This document shows positions 27,641 through 32,000 of a stretch of 32,000 nt of DNA, piece after piece; the first letter of the stretch is position 1; each line of letters opens with the position of its first letter. The translations under genes were made by a program, and so were the position numbers. Location: NCBI RefSeq assembly GCF_936981045.1, contig NZ_OW441264.1, positions 930,001 through 962,000 on the forward strand. The letters are read 5' to 3'. Source of the DNA: Candidatus Saccharimonadota bacterium. GTDB taxonomy: Bacteria > Bacteroidota > Bacteroidia > Cytophagales > Amoebophilaceae. Under the pieces are notes generated by a model. That model was not told the DNA's origin. It made no database searches and was given only the letters and a program-made list of their open reading frames with translations.

Positions 27641-30600
27641 TTATTCCACTTTGCTCAGTCGAACCGATACCATTACACCTTCTATATCAACTTCAGATCC
27701 TTCTAGTTTAGGCACAAATTGTAGTTGTACTGCTTGCGTTTCCGTACAAATATAATCTTTATAAATGGCAATAGCCTGCCCTATAAGCTTTTTATCTTCT
27801 TGAATATCAATTATTATCTTATCTTGAATATCGAAGTTCAGCGCTTTACGCAATTGCTGAATGCGGTGTGCAAATTCACGTGCCATTGCTTCTTCCTGCA
27901 ATGCATCATCCAAGGTCGTATCTAGTGCAATGGTTATTTTACCCTCTGTGGACACATACCATCCGGGTATATCTTCTGTAACAATCGATATATCTGCCAA
28001 GGTTAGATGAATTACCTCATCTTGCAAGTGTAATACGTGGGTATTACCCTGCTCTAAAGCATAAATTTCAGCTGGTGTTAAAGCTAAAATAGCCTCACTA
28101 AGGTGTTTCATCTTATGGCCATACCGCTTGCCTAAAAGAGCGTAATTAGGCTTAGCCTTTTTAAGGTTGTAAGCATCATCTAAATAATGCACTTGCTTGA
28201 CATTAATTTCTGCTTTAATCAACGTTTCTAAAGGAGACCATCCAGCTGAAACAAATAGACCCGAAATGCGGATACTAGGTAAAGGTTGACGGACCTTAAT
28301 TTTATGCTTCTTACGTAAAGCATGTGCTAGAGAAACAATTTTTTGTACTTGACCCATCTCTGTTTCTAGGATTAAATCTAAAGCTTCTGCTGCTGCTACT
28401 GGAAAATCTGATAAATGTACAGAGCTGTGCTTTTCTTTTTCAGTAACATGATTCAATGCTTGATAGAGATAATCTGCATAAAAAGGCGCTATAGGTGCCA
28501 TGAGCTTGGCAACCGTTATAAGGCAATGATAGAGGGTTTGATAAGCGGCTTCTTTGTCTTTATCTTGGATGTTTTTCCAAAACCTTTTTCTATTGAGCCG
28601 TACATACCAGTTGCTTAAATCATCTACTACAAAATCTTGAATCATTCTGGACACTAGTGTAGGCTCATAATGATCATAGGCTTCTGTTACCGTTTTAATG
28701 AGTGTATGAGAGCGGGAAATAATCCACCTGTCACTTTCTGTTAAAGCACTATGGGCAATCACACTTTTATTAAAATAAAACTGATCTAGATTGGCATAAA
28801 GAGCAAAAAAATTATAGGTACTGTTGAGCGTAATGAAAAATTTACGTACTACTTCCGCTACACCTGCCGTATCAAACTTTAAATCATCCCACGGATTAGC
28901 ATTGCTAATCATATACCAACGTATGGCATCTGGGCCATATTGGGTTAATAGTTCCATTGGATCAATGGTATTACCAAGGCTTTTAGACATTTTATTGCCA
29001 TGTTTATCCAATACAAGTCCATTGACTACTACACTTTTAAAGGCAGGTATTTCAAAAAGTAAGGTGGAAATAACATGCAAGGTAAAAAACCACCCTCTGG
29101 TTTGATCTATCCCTTCTGCAATAAAATCAGCAGGAAAACCTTTTTCAAACATTTCTTGGTTTTCAAATGGATAATGCCATTGTGCACAAGGCATTGCACC
29201 GGAATCAAACCAAACATCTATGACAGCCGTCTCTCGATACATAGGCAATCCATTACTACTGACTAGTACAATATCATCTACATAGGGACGGTGTAAATCA
29301 ATATCTTTCGGTAACTGCTCTTTCATATAGCCAGCCAATACAGCTTGCTCTACTTCAAACATAAGTTCAGCTATAGAACTGATGCATTTTTCTTCTTTTT
29401 GATCAGCAGTACGCCAGATAGGGAGTGGAATACCCCAATAGCGTTCACGACTTAGGTTCCAATCTACCAGATTCTCTAGCCAATTAACAAATCGTCCTTT
29501 GCCTACGGCGGCAGGTTTCCATTGAATGGTATCGTTTAATTCAATCAATAATTCCTTATAAGCTGTAGTTTTAATAAACCAGGCATTTAGTGGATAGTAG
29601 AGAATAGGTTTATGGGTACGCCAACAATGGGGATAACTGTGTTCATATTCTTCTACCTTAAAGGCTTTATTTTCTTGCTTGAGTTTACCAGCAATCAGTA
29701 GATCTACAGCAAGTAAAGTGGTATCTTCTTCATAGGCAGCTTTGACATAACGTCCAGAAAAATCAGTAATTTCTGGTACAAAACGACCTTGCCTATCTAC
29801 AATTGGAACAGATTCGCCTGCTGAATTAGTTACCATAATCGCAGCAATATTTTCTTTTTGCGCAATACGATAATCATCTGCACCAAAAGTAGGCGCAATA
29901 TGCACAATACCAGTACCTTCTGTAGTGGTTACAAAATCAGCTGCAATCACTTTAAAAGCCTCCCCTTTGGGCTGTATATAAGGCAAAAGCTGTTCATAAC
30001 GCAAACCTACTAAATCTGCCCCTGTATAACGGGCCACAATCTCCCAAGGTAAAGTAGTGCGATCGGATCTGTGACCAGGCTGATAGCCATCACAGCTAGC
30101 CTGCTTACCTGTAAAAAAACGTTTCGCGGCATCTTCCGCCAAGATAACCTGAATAGGAAGGTGCGTATAGGGGTTGATGGTCGCTACTTTAACATAGTTA
30201 ATCGTAGCTCCTACCGCTAGGGCACTATTGGCAGGCAAGGTCCATGGCGTAGTCGTCCAGGCGAGCAAATATTCATTTTCTTTGCATTTAAATTGGGCCA
30301 CAATGGAAATATCTTTGACCAATTTATAGCAACCTGGCTGGTTTAACTCATGGGAACTTAGTCCTGTTCCGGTAGTAGGTGAGTAAGGCTGTATGGCATA
30401 CCCTTTATAGATCAGTTCTTTATTGTAAAGTGCTTTTAGCAAGTACCAAACAGACTCGATATAATCGCGTTCATAGGTGATGTAAGGATTCAGGTTGTCT
30501 TTCCAATAGCCTAGCTGCTTATTCAACGCTTCCCACTCACTCTTATAAGCCATAACCGTTGCGCGACATGCCTCATTGTAGTCAATAATGCTAATTTTTT

Positions 30601-30928
30601 TACCAATATCTTCCTTGGTAATACCTAATTTCTTTTCCACTTGAAGCTCTACCGGTAAACCATGGGTATCCCAACCACTTTTGCGACGCACACAATAACC
30701 CTGCATGGTCTTATACCTAGTAAAGAGATCTTTCACCGTCATGGCTAAAATATGATGTACACCCGGTGCGCCATTGGCTGAAGGAGGACCTTCAAAAAAA
30801 ACAAAAGGCGCATCGCCTTCACGCTGCTGCATAGAGCGCTCAAATGTTTTTTGTTCTTCCCAAATAAGGCCGATTTCCTTTGCAATTTCTAGCAAATTGA
30901 GCTGCGGTTGGGTTTTGTACTTTTTCAT
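27641..30928 (-). CDS. ileS: Isoleucine--tRNA ligase (type 2, long form)
   Basis: 1095 aa. HIGH-type motif PPSANGAPGVHH, KMSKS motif GNKMSKSLGN and a CP1 editing domain. Confidence 0.95.
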   Translation of the reverse strand: MKKYKTQPQLNLLEIAKEIGLIWEEQKTFERSMQQREGDAPFVFFEGPPSANGAPGVHHILAMTVKDLFTRYKTMQGYCVRRKSGWDTHGLPVELQVEKKLGITKEDIGKKISIIDYNEACRATVMAYKSEWEALNKQLGYWKDNLNPYITYERDYIESVWYLLKALYNKELIYKGYAIQPYSPTTGTGLSSHELNQPGCYKLVKDISIVAQFKCKENEYLLAWTTTPWTLPANSALAVGATINYVKVATINPYTHLPIQVILAEDAAKRFFTGKQASCDGYQPGHRSDRTTLPWEIVARYTGADLVGLRYEQLLPYIQPKGEAFKVIAADFVTTTEGTGIVHIAPTFGADDYRIAQKENIAAIMVTNSAGESVPIVDRQGRFVPEITDFSGRYVKAAYEEDTTLLAVDLLIAGKLKQENKAFKVEEYEHSYPHCWRTHKPILYYPLNAWFIKTTAYKELLIELNDTIQWKPAAVGKGRFVNWLENLVDWNLSRERYWGIPLPIWRTADQKEEKCISSIAELMFEVEQAVLAGYMKEQLPKDIDLHRPYVDDIVLVSSNGLPMYRETAVIDVWFDSGAMPCAQWHYPFENQEMFEKGFPADFIAEGIDQTRGWFFTLHVISTLLFEIPAFKSVVVNGLVLDKHGNKMSKSLGNTIDPMELLTQYGPDAIRWYMISNANPWDDLKFDTAGVAEVVRKFFITLNSTYNFFALYANLDQFYFNKSVIAHSALTESDRWIISRSHTLIKTVTEAYDHYEPTLVSRMIQDFVVDDLSNWYVRLNRKRFWKNIQDKDKEAAYQTLYHCLITVAKLMAPIAPFYADYLYQALNHVTEKEKHSSVHLSDFPVAAAEALDLILETEMGQVQKIVSLAHALRKKHKIKVRQPLPSIRISGLFVSAGWSPLETLIKAEINVKQVHYLDDAYNLKKAKPNYALLGKRYGHKMKHLSEAILALTPAEIYALEQGNTHVLHLQDEVIHLTLADISIVTEDIPGWYVSTEGKITIALDTTLDDALQEEAMAREFAHRIQQLRKALNFDIQDKIIIDIQEDKKLIGQAIAIYKDYICTETQAVQLQFVPKLEGSEVDIEGVMVSVRLSKVE

Positions 30929-30969
30929 CTATATCTACCTAATTAGACCTATAATTTAAAACACTACAA

Positions 30970-31210
30970 ACGTGAGTTCGGGATTAGATTATTTTATTCA
31001 TTTTATAATCAATATTAATAAAAATTTATAAAATTTGTTTTATAGACAGTTAAATAGGTAGTTGAATAATAAATAATTCTGATAATCAGTTTATTATATA
31101 TATTATATTTATAAAATTAGATATAAAAACTTGTTAAATAGGTGCAAATATTAACTAAATAATTGATATTAAATTTTTGTAAATCAGTCAAATAAATCCC
31201 GAACCCACGT
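30970..31210 (+). mobile_element. 241-bp MITE, copy 10
   Basis: Same termini (right end GAACCCACGT has one mismatch) and a 1-nt insertion. Perfect 5-bp duplication TACAA. Lies 41 bp upstream of the ileS start codon. Confidence 0.9.
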
Positions 31211-31453
31211 TACAAGTTGCAATTTAGTGAAAAAGTTATAGGGAATGGATGAATCACTGAGTATAAAAATTACACCAACCCTATGCATAGACTAGGTTAT
31301 GCTAAAAAAGTATTAGATTTGTTTATAAAGTTAGGAGGAACATTGGCAAATTGCCCATCCTATTGGTAGGGGGCGTTTATAACAAAAGATTACTTGATTT
31401 TTTAGTCAGAAGCAACGAGCCCTTCCATGAGGCTTTAACAGATCTCTATATGT

Positions 31454-32000
31454 ATGCTATTAGATTTTGAAAAACCCATTGTTGAACTTGAAAAAAAGCT
31501 TGCTAGGATGCAAGAAGCCACTAAAGCGCAAAATGCACCAGCGCTTATAGCCTCGATTGCTAAATTAGCCAATGATATAAAAGCGCTACAAAAGAAAACG
31601 TTTCAAAATCTAACCAGGTGGCAACGAGTTCAGCTGGCCCGCCACCCAGATAGACCCTACACGCTTGACTATCTCCAGCAAATTACAGAACATTTTGTGG
31701 CATTACATGGAGACCGTTGTGCAGGAGATGATCAAGCAATGGTAGGTGGGTTTGGTACCATAAATGGGCAAACCATGATGTTCATTGGTCACCAAAAAGG
31801 AAGAACAACCAAGGAACGCCAAATGCGAAACTTTGGCATGCCGAATCCAGAGGGATACCGCAAAGCACTTCGTTTGATGCGTTTGGCAGAAAAATTTAAT
31901 AAACCCATTATTACCTTTATAGACACACCTGGTGCCTACCCAGGACTGGAAGCAGAAGAACGTGGCCAAGCACAAGCCATTGCCAGCAATATTCAAGCGA
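31454..32000 (+). CDS. accA: Acetyl-CoA carboxylase carboxyltransferase alpha subunit (5' part; runs off the window end)
   Basis: Open frame from ATG 31454: [16 protein letters not shown]...[16 protein letters not shown]...[18 protein letters not shown]...[38 protein letters not shown], typical AccA. It is absent from the ORF track because no stop occurs before the window end. Confidence 0.92.
   Translation, partial: MLLDFEKPIVELEKKLARMQEATKAQNAPALIASIAKLANDIKALQKKTFQNLTRWQRVQLARHPDRPYTLDYLQQITEHFVALHGDRCAGDDQAMVGGFGTINGQTMMFIGHQKGRTTKERQMRNFGMPNPEGYRKALRLMRLAEKFNKPIITFIDTPGAYPGLEAEERGQAQAIASNIQA

Overview
This is an AT-rich bacterial chromosome segment. Gene content points to Bacteroidota: a short 287-aa primary sigma factor, a 1095-aa type-2 IleRS, and the rpmF-fabH-efp-accB neighbourhood. 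The very high load of insertion sequences, MITEs and decayed genes suggests an obligate intracellular symbiont of the Amoebophilus/Cardinium kind; this is inference only, with no database check. About three quarters of the window is ordinary housekeeping: rpmA(partial)-rplU, a MerR-like regulator, hflX, accB, efp, fabH, rpmF, ruvC, tRNA-Arg(CCU), parE-like topoisomerase B subunit, dCMP deaminase, dapF, M16 peptidase, ffh, rpsO, pnp, rpoD, trxB, an EamA/DMT transporter, ileS and accA(partial). Roughly a quarter is mobile or decayed DNA. It includes two intact 833-bp IS6-family copies plus four IS6 fragments, one IS4-family element with a broken transposase, and two solo IS4-type terminal repeats. 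There is also a nested stack (MITE inside an IS982-like element inside an IS481-like pseudogene), group II intron debris (an RT fragment and a domain V/VI-like remnant), an enolase pseudogene, and ten near-identical 240-bp MITEs. I did not find a multi-gene defence, secretion, toxin or biosynthetic system. The most interesting signals are: (1) the MITE family and its apparent IS982-like parent; (2) a structured REP-like hairpin repeat at gene ends with compensatory stem changes; (3) an IS6-bracketed merR-hflX module with a 514-bp palindromic IS duplication; (4) a tandem in-frame duplication inside rpsO. All coordinates and alignments were made by eye from the sequence. Identity levels are approximate and nothing was searched against databases.
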